NCBI GenBank assembly: GCA_963774265.1 | Contig: CAVZDU010000005.1 | Location: forward strand, 320,001-384,000 | DNA from: an uncultured Chloroflexia bacterium | GTDB taxonomy: Bacteria; Chloroflexota; Anaerolineae; CG2-30-64-16 | Length of the DNA: 64,000 nucleotides | Reading direction: 5' to 3' | In this document: piece by piece, positions 40,451 to 50,809 of the stretch | How the letters are laid out: the number at the start of each line of letters is the position of its first letter | Numbering within the stretch: position 1 is the first letter of the stretch | Position numbers and translations under genes: made by a program | The notes under the pieces: generated by a model | The model's database searches: none | What the model saw: only the letters and a program-made list of their open reading frames with translations | Told to the model about the DNA's origin: nothing

Positions 40451-43400
40451 ATGCCAGCCATTCCGTCCGGCACGTTAGAGAAATTCACGACTTTTGGCGA
40501 TCTGCTGCGCTACCTGAGACGCCGCGCGGGCCTCACGCAGTTGGAGCTGTCGATCGCAGTCAACTACAGTGACGCCCAGATCAGCCGGCTCGAACAGAAT
40601 CTGCGGCTGCCCGACATCCCCACGATCGAGGCGCGCTTCGTTTCGGCGCTTGGGCTGGAAGATGAACCCAAGGCCGTCGCGCGGCTGCTGGAGCTGGCTG
40701 CCAACGTCCGCCGCGAGGACGCACCCGGGCCGGGGCTCTGTCCCTACAAAGGATTGGATTGTTATGAGGAAACGGACGCGGATCTGTTCGTCGGGCGCGA
40801 AACGCTGACCGCGAAGCTGATCGAGCGCGTCCTTACGCTCAGCTCCGGCCCCATGACGGGTCCCTCGCGATTCCTCGCCATCATCGGGGCTTCGGGCAGC
40901 GGCAAATCCTCCCTCGTCCGGGCCGGCTTGGCGCCTGCGCTGCGCTGGAACCGGGTCTCGGCGGGGTGGCCCATCCACGTCTTCACTCCCACGGCCCATC
41001 CTCTCGAAAGCCTGGCCGCCAGTTTGACGCACGACGCAGGCTCCGTGGCAGCCACGGCCAGCCTGATGGATGACCTGGCGCAGGAGCCGCGCAGCCTGGG
41101 CCTCTTCAGCCGGCGGGTGTTGAAACTGTCCGGCGCGTCGCATCTCGCACTGGTGGTCGATCAGTTCGAGGAGTTGTTCACGTTGTGCCGGTCTGATGAC
41201 GAACGATCCATGTTCATCGATAACCTGCTCACCGCGGCGAGCGAGACGGACGGCCGCGTGGTCGTCGTCATCACCCTGCGCGCGGACTTTTATTCCTATT
41301 GTGCGGACTACCCACAACTACGGGAGGCGTTGGCCGGGCAGCAAGAATACATCGGCGCGATGGATGCGACGGAGCTGCGCCGTGCCATCGAGGAGCCTGC
41401 TCGCCGCGGGCGGTGGGACCTTGAGCCCGGCCTGGTCGATCTGCTGCTGCGCGATGCAGGCCAAGAGCCGGGTGCGCTTCCGTTGCTGTCACATGCCTTG
41501 TGGGAGACGTGGCAGCGCCGGCGGGGACGCACACTCACACTGAGCGGATACACCTCATCGGGCGGTGTGCGTGGGGCCATCGCCGAGACCGCGGAGTCCG
41601 TGTTTGCGGATCAGTTCACGGCCGAACAGCGAAAGATCGCGCGTCGGATCTTCCTGCGCCTGACTGAGCTGGGCGATGAGACCGCGACGGGCGACACGCG
41701 GCGCCGCGCCACGTTTGACGAATTGATCGCGAAACCGGATGAAGCGGCCGTCACGCAGTCTGTGTTGACGATTCTGGCCGACGCCCGTCTGATCACCACC
41801 AGCGAGCACTCTGCCGAGGTGGCGCACGAGGCGCTCATCCGTGAATGGCCGACGTTGCGCGGCTGGCTCACGGAGAATCGGGAAAGCCTGCGCCTGCACC
41901 GGAACCTCGCCGACGCGGCGCTCGAATGGCTGAAGGCGGGCCGCGAGCCGGACTTGTTGTACCGCGGTGCGCGGCTCTTCCAGGCACGTGAATGGGCCGC
42001 GGCCTACGATGAAGAGCTGAACGCTCAGGAGCGCGAGTTCCTGGCTGCATCCAGTAGTCTCAGCGAACGCGAGGTTGCGGAGCGCGAGGAGCAGCGCCAG
42101 CGTGAGCTCGTCGCCGCGCAGAAGCTGGCCGATGCCGAAAGGCAACGAGCTGAGGAGCAGTCCTGTTATGCTGCACAGCTTCGCAAGCGGGCCGTCTTTC
42201 TGGCCGGGGCATTCACCGTGGCGCTGGCGATGGCATTTGTGACGCTCTATTTCGGTTCGCAGGCGCGGCAGGCCGCGGCCGCGGCGCAAAACGAGCGCCG
42301 CATCGGTTTCTCGCGGGAACTGGCCGCGGAGGCGATCAACAACCTGGCCGTAGACCCCGAGCTGAGCATTTTGCTCGCGATGCAAGCGGTGTCGGTGACC
42401 TATGCTCAGGACCGGACCGAGACGGCCGAGGCAGAAGACGCCCTGCGCCGCGGCCTGTTGGCATCGCGCGCGCGGCTGACCCTGTCGCCTTCTGGCTCCA
42501 AGGGCCGGGCCTGGGCCGTGGCCTTCAGTCCCGCGCCTCCTGGCGGCGGCACAGACGGCGAGCTCCTGGCCGCCGCCAGCGATGACGGAACCGCGCATAT
42601 CTGGTCCGCCGCGACGGGCCACGAGCTGCTGGTCCTGCCCACCAACGCCACGCGCGGGCACCAGGGCATCGCCTTTAGCCCGGCGCCGCCGGGCGGCGGC
42701 ACAGGCGGGACGCGCCTGCTCACAGCCGGCGAAATGGGCCTGGCCAAGGTGTGGGATGCGGAGACGGGTGCGGCACTGCTGAACCTGATCGGCCACACGA
42801 ACTGGGTTACGGGCGTTGCCTTCAGCCCGGATGGGCGACGCCTCGCCACGGCCAGCGAGGATCGGACGGCAAGAATCTGGGACGCGGTGACAGGCCAGCC
42901 CCTGCTTGTCTTAACGGGCCACACAGCCGAGGTGTCCGATGTGGCGTTCAGCCCAGACGGGACGCGCGTGGCCACAGCCGGGGCGGACGGGATTGCGATC
43001 GTGTGGGATGCGGCGAGCGGCGAGCGGCTGCTCACCCTCTCCGGCCACACCAACGGCGTCGTCGCCATCGCGTTCAGCCCCGCGCGGCCTGGCGGCGGCA
43101 CAGACGGCGCGCGCCTGGCCACGGCCGGTGACGACGGGACGGCCAGGCTGTGGGACGCGACAGGCCGGCTGCTCCTGACCCTGCGCGGTCACACGGATGC
43201 GGTCTCGGATGTGGCCTTCAGCCCGGATGGACGGCGGTTGGCGACGGCCGGTGTCGACGGCAGGGTGAAGCTCTGGGACGCCGCAACCGGGCAGGAGTTG
43301 CTGACCCTCTCCGGCCCGTCGGGCGCGGTCTCTGGCCTGGCCTTCAGCCCGGATTGCCCGACGCCTGCTGGGGATGCTGCGCAAGACCAACTGGGCGCCT

Positions 43401-45622
43401 CGTCACCTGCGGAGTTGTGCGGGACCCACCTGGCCACGGCGCACCTGGATGGGACGGCCAAGATTTGGAACACCTCCTTTGCTCGCGAATTGCTCACGGT
43501 GGCCGCGCCCTCCGCCTCCGCGGTAGCGGTCAGCCCAGGCGGCGCTCGCCTGGCCACCGGCCTGCCGGATGGAACGGTGCAGGTGCGGGATGTCGCAAGC
43601 CCACCTGGCGCCGGTGAGGTCGCCGGCAGGCTGCTTATGGCATGGCACGCGCATGACGGAAGGATCACAGCCCTGGCCTTCAGCCCGGACGGGGAGCAGC
43701 TCGCGACAGCGGGAGAAGACAAGGCGGTGATCCTGTGGGACCCGGCCACCGGGGCGAAGCTCCGCGCACTGGCTGGCCAGGCCGGCCAGGTCCTCGCGGT
43801 CGTCTTCAGCCCAGGCGGCGAGCGCTTGGCCACCATTGGCAGGGATCAAGCCGTCAGGGTGTGGGATGTTGCCTCCGGTCGGCTGTTGCAGACGCTGCCC
43901 CTCTCCACCTGGGGCTCTGCTGTCGCCTTCAACCAGGACGCAACGCGTGTCGCGGCGGGCTTGAACGATGGGACGGCGAAGGTCTGGGATGTAGCGGCGG
44001 GCGACGAAGTCCTGGTGGCGCGCGGTCACGCGGGTGGGGTCTGGGGCGTCGCCTTCAGCCCGGCGCCACCGCCGTCAGGCGGCGCCGGTACAGGTGGCGG
44101 CGCCGCTGGCGAGCTCCTGGCCACCGCCGGCAACGATGGGACAGCCAAGGTGTGGGATGCCGCGCCCCCTGGAGATGGCGCCCACACTGCCAGGGAGCTA
44201 CTCACGTTGGCCGGTCACAACGGCCCGGTCAACGGCATCGCGTTCAGCCCGGCGCCACCAGGCGGCGGCACAGGTGGACTGCTCCTGGCCACTGCGGGCC
44301 AGGATGGAACGGCGAAGCTCTGGGATGCCCGCACCGGCCGGGAGGTGCTTACCCTGTACGGCCAGGCCGATGCGGTAGCTGCCGTCGGCTTTGCCTCAGG
44401 CTGCGAGGAGGCCGGGTGCCGGCCACAACTGTTCACGACGAGCGTCAACGGGATCGTGCGCGCCTATCTGCTGCAGATCGAAGACCTGATGGACCTGGCT
44501 GCCGCGCGCCTGACGCGCTCCCTGACGCCTGCGGAGTGCCGGCAGTACCTGCACCTGATGCTCGAGCAGTGTGGTGACGAGGCTACGGCGGTGACCGCAC
44601 CCGCGACCAGCGCGGCAGCAGCGCCGGTTTCCGTGCTGCCCACTCAGGCGGGGCCCGCCCGCGATAGCATTCAGGGCTTCAAGGTTTGCGAAGTAACCGA
44701 CTCGAGCGGCGTGAACGACGGCTTCTACAACCAGGGCGCCTTCCGGGGCATGCAGGATGCCGCGGCCAGGTTGGGATTGTCGTACGCGGTTCTCGAATCA
44801 CAGCAGCCGGCGGACTATGAGATCAACATCGCTAAGGCGGTCGAGTCCGGTTGCCATCTCATTGTGGCGCCGATCGGGAGCTATTTCGGGGAAATCATCA
44901 AGGCTGCGGCTGCCGGCAATCCCGATCGCAAGTTTCTGACCGTGGAGTGGGCCGAGGTCGTGCCGCAGGATAATGTCTGGGTGCAAACGTACGCGGTCGA
45001 CCAGGCAGGCTTCCTCGCCGGCTATCTCGCGGCCGCGGTTACGAAGACCGGTAAGGTGGGGACATTTGGCGGCGTTGATTTTCCCCCGGTGACCGACTTC
45101 CTGGACGGGTTCAGCCTGGGCGTGGCCCACTACAACGAACAGCACCGGGCGCAGGTCCAGGTGCTCGGGTGGGACGTCCAAAGGCGCGACGGCCTGTTCG
45201 CCGACAGCTTTACGGACACGCGCCTGGGCCGCCAGATCGGCGTCCGGTTGATGGATGAGGGTGCGGACATTCTCCTGCCGGTGGCGGGGTCTGTCGGCAT
45301 GGGGACTGCGGCGGCGATCAAGGAGCGCGGGAACGCCTATCTCATCGGCGTGGATACCGATTGGGCGCTGACTGCTGCTGAGTACGCGGACATCGTGCTG
45401 ACCAGCATCGAGAAACGCGTGGATGTGAGCGTGGCGTCTGCGGTCGAGGATCTGGCGGCCGGCACGTTCACTGGAGGCCCGCACCTCGGCACGCTGGAGA
45501 ACGGCGGCGTCAGCATCGCGCCCTTCCACGGCCTGGATGGCCTGGTCACACTGGAGATCAAGGCCGAGCTGGCGCAGGTCAAGGCCGGCATCATCGCGGG
45601 TGAGATCAAGACGAAGCCATAA
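40451..45622 (+). CDS. XRE-HTH + STAND NTPase (nSTAND1-like) + TM + WD40 propellers + BMP/PnrA-type solute-binding domain
   Basis: FGDLLRYLRRRAGLTQ; CPYKGL...FVGRE, GASGSGKSS, VVDQFEELF, TLRADF, ALPLLSHAL, AHEALIREW; about 14 WD40 repeats; VNDGFYNQ, GFLAGYLAA, IGVDTD, LTSIEK, GTLENGGV. Confidence 0.9.
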   Translation: MPAIPSGTLEKFTTFGDLLRYLRRRAGLTQLELSIAVNYSDAQISRLEQNLRLPDIPTIEARFVSALGLEDEPKAVARLLELAANVRREDAPGPGLCPYKGLDCYEETDADLFVGRETLTAKLIERVLTLSSGPMTGPSRFLAIIGASGSGKSSLVRAGLAPALRWNRVSAGWPIHVFTPTAHPLESLAASLTHDAGSVAATASLMDDLAQEPRSLGLFSRRVLKLSGASHLALVVDQFEELFTLCRSDDERSMFIDNLLTAASETDGRVVVVITLRADFYSYCADYPQLREALAGQQEYIGAMDATELRRAIEEPARRGRWDLEPGLVDLLLRDAGQEPGALPLLSHALWETWQRRRGRTLTLSGYTSSGGVRGAIAETAESVFADQFTAEQRKIARRIFLRLTELGDETATGDTRRRATFDELIAKPDEAAVTQSVLTILADARLITTSEHSAEVAHEALIREWPTLRGWLTENRESLRLHRNLADAALEWLKAGREPDLLYRGARLFQAREWAAAYDEELNAQEREFLAASSSLSEREVAEREEQRQRELVAAQKLADAERQRAEEQSCYAAQLRKRAVFLAGAFTVALAMAFVTLYFGSQARQAAAAAQNERRIGFSRELAAEAINNLAVDPELSILLAMQAVSVTYAQDRTETAEAEDALRRGLLASRARLTLSPSGSKGRAWAVAFSPAPPGGGTDGELLAAASDDGTAHIWSAATGHELLVLPTNATRGHQGIAFSPAPPGGGTGGTRLLTAGEMGLAKVWDAETGAALLNLIGHTNWVTGVAFSPDGRRLATASEDRTARIWDAVTGQPLLVLTGHTAEVSDVAFSPDGTRVATAGADGIAIVWDAASGERLLTLSGHTNGVVAIAFSPARPGGGTDGARLATAGDDGTARLWDATGRLLLTLRGHTDAVSDVAFSPDGRRLATAGVDGRVKLWDAATGQELLTLSGPSGAVSGLAFSPDCPTPAGDAAQDQLGASSPAELCGTHLATAHLDGTAKIWNTSFARELLTVAAPSASAVAVSPGGARLATGLPDGTVQVRDVASPPGAGEVAGRLLMAWHAHDGRITALAFSPDGEQLATAGEDKAVILWDPATGAKLRALAGQAGQVLAVVFSPGGERLATIGRDQAVRVWDVASGRLLQTLPLSTWGSAVAFNQDATRVAAGLNDGTAKVWDVAAGDEVLVARGHAGGVWGVAFSPAPPPSGGAGTGGGAAGELLATAGNDGTAKVWDAAPPGDGAHTARELLTLAGHNGPVNGIAFSPAPPGGGTGGLLLATAGQDGTAKLWDARTGREVLTLYGQADAVAAVGFASGCEEAGCRPQLFTTSVNGIVRAYLLQIEDLMDLAAARLTRSLTPAECRQYLHLMLEQCGDEATAVTAPATSAAAAPVSVLPTQAGPARDSIQGFKVCEVTDSSGVNDGFYNQGAFRGMQDAAARLGLSYAVLESQQPADYEINIAKAVESGCHLIVAPIGSYFGEIIKAAAAGNPDRKFLTVEWAEVVPQDNVWVQTYAVDQAGFLAGYLAAAVTKTGKVGTFGGVDFPPVTDFLDGFSLGVAHYNEQHRAQVQVLGWDVQRRDGLFADSFTDTRLGRQIGVRLMDEGADILLPVAGSVGMGTAAAIKERGNAYLIGVDTDWALTAAEYADIVLTSIEKRVDVSVASAVEDLAAGTFTGGPHLGTLENGGVSIAPFHGLDGLVTLEIKAELAQVKAGIIAGEIKTKP

Positions 45623-45711
45623 GATGGACGCGCGGACGGGATTCGTGACCGCCCACTATAGTCACGCACCGCTTGGGTTGCGGCGGTGCGTGAAATCGCC
45701 GACGGGTGCAT

Positions 45712-48700
45712 TCACGGGACGTTCCGCGCGATGAAGGGCAGATATTGTGACTGCGTGGCTTGTGTGAAGTAGCGCCCTCGATTGTCAGCGACCGCCACAT
45801 TCCCAGCGCCGTCCACTGCTTGTATGAAGTAGGCCAGGCCAAATTGAGCGGGCAGTGAACCTTCCCATATCTTCGGATCCTGGCGCGGCGCTAGCTCGAC
45901 GGCCTGCCATATGCCGTCACCAACCGTGTAGGTCGCCACGACCCGAACGACCCCGGAGAAGTCCGTTACATCCACCAGCACGGTTGTCGAAGCGTCGCCC
46001 TGCTGCTGATCGCGCACGGCCCAGATGCTGGGCGGGATGACATCGCCGGACGCGGAATAATAGACCATGTACGTCATTTCGTTGAACAGCCGCTCTACCC
46101 CCTGCGTCGCGCCGATCGCCTGGTATTGTGCAGGGATCAAGATCAATCGCTGGAGCAGGCCTTCGGGCGCGCGCACCGTATTGATCACGCCCCAGGATGA
46201 CGGTGTCCAGACCCTTGTGTCGAAGCCGGGATCGATCGCGGCGCCAACGCTGCGCGTGTCGTCGCTGGTCGGCTGCGTAAGCACAGGGGAGAACATGGCG
46301 TGGGTCTCGTAGCGCCCCCCCTCGAACAGTGTCCCGCGCGCCACCGTGCCCGCCAATGTGACACTGATCCCGGTGCGCGGCTGGATCGGCTGGCCCGGCG
46401 CCACCTGCGTTTCACCGCCGATGCTGTAGTAAGTCCGCGTTGTGTCGCCTGAAGATACCGTGTTGGGCGCATCATAGTTCGGCGCCACCAGCACCCGGCG
46501 GCAGATCAGACCCTCAGGGCAATTCTCGGCCTCGCTCGGTTGTCCGGCGGCGATATCGCCGCGACCGTGTCGCGCGATCGTGTCGGTCGTCGCGGCAGCC
46601 GCCGCGCCCGGCATCTGCACGCGATACATAGGCAGTCCATACAGGGTGGCTACGGCCAACACCTTTTCGTCGTAGGGTGTCAGCGAATGGACGCCGACCG
46701 AGTTGAAGTATTCGATCTCAGCCCCGCGTAACGCCTGGCCCACTGCGCCATCCGCCCGCAGGTGCTGGGCAAAGAGCGTCATCAATCGTTCCGAGTAACC
46801 GATGGCATTGGCGTCCCCGTAGCCATATCCCGTGTTGGCGAGGTATGTGACGCCCTTCCCCACGAGCGCCTGTGCGAAATCGAGCTGGTGGGCAGTGGCC
46901 TGCTCGTCGGGCACGGGGAGGCCGGAGTGGCAGCCCACGGAGAAGACCACGGTGCCAGAGAGTTGGCTGCTTGCGCGCACCTGCTCGGGATCCAGATCCC
47001 CCCCGGCGCCCTCGGCCGGGAGGGCGTGCCAGTGCTCGAAATGCGCGTTGATCGAGCTCAGGTCGTGACGGTCATCCAGCCATTTGGCCTTTAGCGCGGC
47101 CGCCTGCCAGGAGTCGTTGATCAGGCTGGTGTCGGTGTCCAGGCCGGCGCTCTGCATCGCGTCCGCCACAGCACGGGCCTGATCCTTGAGAAAGTCGTAG
47201 CCGACGGCCAGCCCGGTCTGCGCGGCGAGAACCGGCTGCTGCAGGAAGACATCGATCGCCGCGGCGATCTCTTCCGGGGTCTCCACGAGCCGGCCGATGG
47301 CGTAGTCGGGCAGGGTCAGCTCTCGCCCGCGCCAGGAGAACGGGGAGAACCCGGCGTAGTAGGTATCACTCAGGAAGTAGCGCCCCCGTAAGCTGGCGCC
47401 CAGGGGAGAGTCGTCAGCCAGGAAAGCGTGGTAGTCCTCTTCGTTGGCCACCGGCACCTCGTCGGGGATGCGACGGAAAGGCACCACTTCATCATCCCCG
47501 GCGATCACCAGGTTCTCCAGATCGGGATAGGCGGGGCGGAGCGCTGACAGCAGGGCCTTGATCGCGGCCGCGACCAGGTTGGCGTGCGCCGGATCGGACC
47601 GGCTACCATCCCACAGCCCGTAGACGGCCCTGACTGGGCCGTATGTGTTCAGGTCGATTACCTCGCCGGCAACCTGGGGATGCCGCGCCAGCTCACCGAG
47701 TTTATCCAGAAGCGCTTGTGTCCGCGCAACGCCGTAGCGTGCCTTGAGCCGCGTCCCGTTGGTCAGGATCAGCGTCTTGACCCCCCCGTGCGCGGCGTCC
47801 GGCGCCGCGAAGACCGGCGGCTGAAACCCGGGGTCCAACACCGCCTGGCCTTGTGTCACAGTGATCGCCAGGGTGTAGGCGTGCTGGGGATCGTTGGCGC
47901 CGTTGTGGCCGGCCACCAGCAGGTGATACCAGCCGCTCTGGTCCCAGACGTCCGTGCCGACCGTCTCCGATTGGACGCCGGTGCGGCAACTGGCGCGCAG
48001 CAAGGCGCCGGTGTCTGCCGCCAGGCCCACGCCGGCCACCTGCCCCAGGTACGTCGGTGAGCAGCTCTCGCCGCTCCCCAACTCGCCGGGGATGCCCTGC
48101 AGGTTCCCGATCCCCTGGAGGTTGCCGATGCCTTGCAGGTTCCCGACGCCACCGGGCGAGGCCCCCGGGGCTTGCTCCAGTCCGCCAAACAAGAACGCAT
48201 CGTAGTCCTGCGGCAGGGCGCTCAGTGTGGCGGTGATCGCCGCGTTGCGGGCACCCACCGGGATGCGGAACCACTGCGGATCTCGCTCGCCGGAGATGGT
48301 GAAGTGATGAACGCCGGGCACCAGAACGGGTGCGGTGAGCCAGGCGTCCTTCGCACCGGGGTCCGTGCGCCAGTTGAGCACGTTCACGTCGCCGCTGACC
48401 GCATCGCCCGCGCCGGCCGGGTTGCCCGGCGTATGTGGCCCCGTGGCGCTGCCCCACCAGGCGCCGGACGCGTCGATGGGACTGTCGCTGCCGTTTTCGA
48501 TCGCGAACCCGCCGTTGCCCGCCAGCGAGTTGCCCACAAGTGTCAGGGCGCCGCCGCGCGCCAGGATGCCGTCCTCCCGGCTGGCGGCGATGGTGCTGGA
48601 GATGACGTTGAGCGTGCCTCCATCCTGCGTGATGCCGTTTGCCGCGAACTCGACGCTGGTGTAGCTCAGCGAACCGGTGCTGCCGGCTGAGAATGAGAGC

Positions 48701-50787
48701 CCTTTCCAATCACCCGGCAGGGGCGCTGCGAAGCGCCCGGCGCTGGTGAAACGGACCGGGCCTGTTTCACTCCCAATGGCCACCAGCACTCCGGCGATCT
48801 GGGCGCCCCGGCCGAAGTCGAACTGTACGTTCACGCCCGGCGCCAGCGTCCACGTCCGGCCGGCCGGTACGGAGATGTCGTCGCTGACAACGCGGTAGGT
48901 GTCCAGGTCGCCCTGGGGTGTCCACGTCTCGTCGCGCTCACCGACTGTTCCGCCGGTCACCTGAACGACGTTCTCGCCGTTGGCCGAGAAACGGTTGTCC
49001 ACCAGGGGATTCCCCAGGGTCAGCCGAGCCGCCAGGCCGCCTTGATTAGAGATCGTGTTCTTTTGGAAGACGTTGCCGGTGCAATTCGACAGTAGCTCCA
49101 GCCCAACCGTGCGGTTGAACTCGATCAGGTTGCCGGCCGCGGCATCGGCCCCGCCAATCTGGTTGTTCGCGGCGTCATCCAGCCTGATGCCGGCGTTGTT
49201 CGGGACCGGCTTGGCGCCGGACGCGTCCGCCCCGATGCGATTGCCCGCGATCTGGTTGCCTGTTACGAGGAAATCCGATCCTTTGAGCACGATTCCTTCG
49301 CCTCGGTTGCCGCTAATCAGGTTGCCAGCCGTACCCGTGCCGACGATATTGTCGCTGGCGCCGCCGTGGAGCTTCACGCCCGCGAGGGCGTTCGGCACAG
49401 CATGGCTGCCCGTGACGTCGGTGCCGATATAGTTGCCCAGCACCTGGTTACCCGATGTGCCGGGCGATTCGAGGGCCAGGCCGTTGCTCCCGTTGCCGCT
49501 GATGACATTGCGTTCTGCTGGCGTTTGTCCGCCTATCACGTTGTCGGCACTGCCGAGGTGAATGAAGATCCCATCGTCGCCGTTTCCGAGAGCTGCCTGG
49601 CCCGCGGCATCGACGCCAATCCGGTTGCCCGCCACCACGTTGCCCGCCGCGCCTGGATTTTGGATCGAGATGCCGTTGCCCTGATTGCCGCTGATCAGAT
49701 TGGCCGCGCCGTAGCCCGTTCCGCCGATCATGTTCTGGCCCGCGCTGCCGAGGTGGATGCCATCCCCGCCGTTTGGCAACATGTCCGTGCCCGTGGCATT
49801 GGCCCCGATGATGTTGCCCGCGACCCGGTTGTGTTCCGCGCCGGTTTCCTGGATCCAGACGCCGCTCTGGATGTTACCGCTGATAAGATTGCCCGCGCCA
49901 GCCTCGCCGATCACGTTGTGGTCCGCATCGGAGACCAGGATTCCATGTCCCTGGTTGCCGAGCGAGGCGCGGCCCGTCGCATCGGCGCCGATGATGTTGT
50001 CCAGGACGCGATTGGCGGACGTGCCACTGATTTGGATGCGGACGCCGTCCTGCCGGTTGCCGCTGATCAGGTTGCCTTCCACCACGTTCTCATTAGCGCC
50101 GTCGCTGATAATCACGCCGTTTTGTCCGTTTGCCATGGCGCGCAGGCCTGCCAGGTCGGCGCCGATGATGTTGCCCAGCACGCGGTTAGCCGAGGTGCCG
50201 GTGTCTTGGATGAGGACTCCATCCTCCCGGTTGGCGCTGATGAGGTTGCCCTGTCCCAGGGGCGCCGCGCCGATAGTTCGCGATCCACCGATGACGGCAT
50301 TTCGCGCGCCGTCGGTCAACGCGATGCCATAACGCGGGAAGTTCAGGACTTGCAGCCCGCGAACTGTCACGCCCTCGGCGCCCTTGATGCTGAGGCCGGA
50401 GCTGTACTGCGCCCCGCTCCCCTCCAGGATCACGCCGGCGTTGCTGGCGTCGACTGTCAGTGACCCGGCCGTGATCACGGGAAGCCCGCTCTGCAAGGAG
50501 ATCGTCATGGGAGCTGAAGGAGGGAACACCGCGGGGTCGAACGTGATGACGTCGCCTGCCTGCGCATCGGTGAGCGCCGCGCGCAGCGTGCCCAACCCGC
50601 CGTCAGCCGGGCTGGTGACGACGACGCTGCGCGCGGCCGGCGCCAGGACCTGGCCCACGATAGACTGGGGCGGCGCAAAGCCTAGCGCCAGGAGGACGAC
50701 GAAGACGATGCGCAGGCAGGGGAGCCCTGCGTATCCGCTTTTCGTTCGTGAACGCTGCGCCACGGTGGTGGTTCTCCTGGCAGCCAT
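45712..50787 (-). CDS. Large secreted protein: parallel beta-helix repeats + PPC-like domain + peptidase C25 (gingipain-like) domain, C-terminal YLPFI motif
   Basis: VVTSPADGGLGTLRAAL, repeated NLISGN/GNxIG; LVIAGDDEVVPF, LSDTYY, AIGRLVETP, SINAHF, FSVGCHSG, YLANTGYGY, LYGLP. Confidence 0.8.
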   Translation of the reverse strand: MAARRTTTVAQRSRTKSGYAGLPCLRIVFVVLLALGFAPPQSIVGQVLAPAARSVVVTSPADGGLGTLRAALTDAQAGDVITFDPAVFPPSAPMTISLQSGLPVITAGSLTVDASNAGVILEGSGAQYSSGLSIKGAEGVTVRGLQVLNFPRYGIALTDGARNAVIGGSRTIGAAPLGQGNLISANREDGVLIQDTGTSANRVLGNIIGADLAGLRAMANGQNGVIISDGANENVVEGNLISGNRQDGVRIQISGTSANRVLDNIIGADATGRASLGNQGHGILVSDADHNVIGEAGAGNLISGNIQSGVWIQETGAEHNRVAGNIIGANATGTDMLPNGGDGIHLGSAGQNMIGGTGYGAANLISGNQGNGISIQNPGAAGNVVAGNRIGVDAAGQAALGNGDDGIFIHLGSADNVIGGQTPAERNVISGNGSNGLALESPGTSGNQVLGNYIGTDVTGSHAVPNALAGVKLHGGASDNIVGTGTAGNLISGNRGEGIVLKGSDFLVTGNQIAGNRIGADASGAKPVPNNAGIRLDDAANNQIGGADAAAGNLIEFNRTVGLELLSNCTGNVFQKNTISNQGGLAARLTLGNPLVDNRFSANGENVVQVTGGTVGERDETWTPQGDLDTYRVVSDDISVPAGRTWTLAPGVNVQFDFGRGAQIAGVLVAIGSETGPVRFTSAGRFAAPLPGDWKGLSFSAGSTGSLSYTSVEFAANGITQDGGTLNVISSTIAASREDGILARGGALTLVGNSLAGNGGFAIENGSDSPIDASGAWWGSATGPHTPGNPAGAGDAVSGDVNVLNWRTDPGAKDAWLTAPVLVPGVHHFTISGERDPQWFRIPVGARNAAITATLSALPQDYDAFLFGGLEQAPGASPGGVGNLQGIGNLQGIGNLQGIPGELGSGESCSPTYLGQVAGVGLAADTGALLRASCRTGVQSETVGTDVWDQSGWYHLLVAGHNGANDPQHAYTLAITVTQGQAVLDPGFQPPVFAAPDAAHGGVKTLILTNGTRLKARYGVARTQALLDKLGELARHPQVAGEVIDLNTYGPVRAVYGLWDGSRSDPAHANLVAAAIKALLSALRPAYPDLENLVIAGDDEVVPFRRIPDEVPVANEEDYHAFLADDSPLGASLRGRYFLSDTYYAGFSPFSWRGRELTLPDYAIGRLVETPEEIAAAIDVFLQQPVLAAQTGLAVGYDFLKDQARAVADAMQSAGLDTDTSLINDSWQAAALKAKWLDDRHDLSSINAHFEHWHALPAEGAGGDLDPEQVRASSQLSGTVVFSVGCHSGLPVPDEQATAHQLDFAQALVGKGVTYLANTGYGYGDANAIGYSERLMTLFAQHLRADGAVGQALRGAEIEYFNSVGVHSLTPYDEKVLAVATLYGLPMYRVQMPGAAAAATTDTIARHGRGDIAAGQPSEAENCPEGLICRRVLVAPNYDAPNTVSSGDTTRTYYSIGGETQVAPGQPIQPRTGISVTLAGTVARGTLFEGGRYETHAMFSPVLTQPTSDDTRSVGAAIDPGFDTRVWTPSSWGVINTVRAPEGLLQRLILIPAQYQAIGATQGVERLFNEMTYMVYYSASGDVIPPSIWAVRDQQQGDASTTVLVDVTDFSGVVRVVATYTVGDGIWQAVELAPRQDPKIWEGSLPAQFGLAYFIQAVDGAGNVAVADNRGRYFTQATQSQYLPFIARNVP

Positions 50788-50809
50788 AGGTCCCTCCCAA
50801 AGCGTGCAT

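Noticed and set aside
42500-44400. Periodic DNA repeats (gccttcagcccg, tgtgggatgc) as a CRISPR array
   Set aside because: They are in-frame WD40 codons with synonymous variation, not identical repeats with spacers
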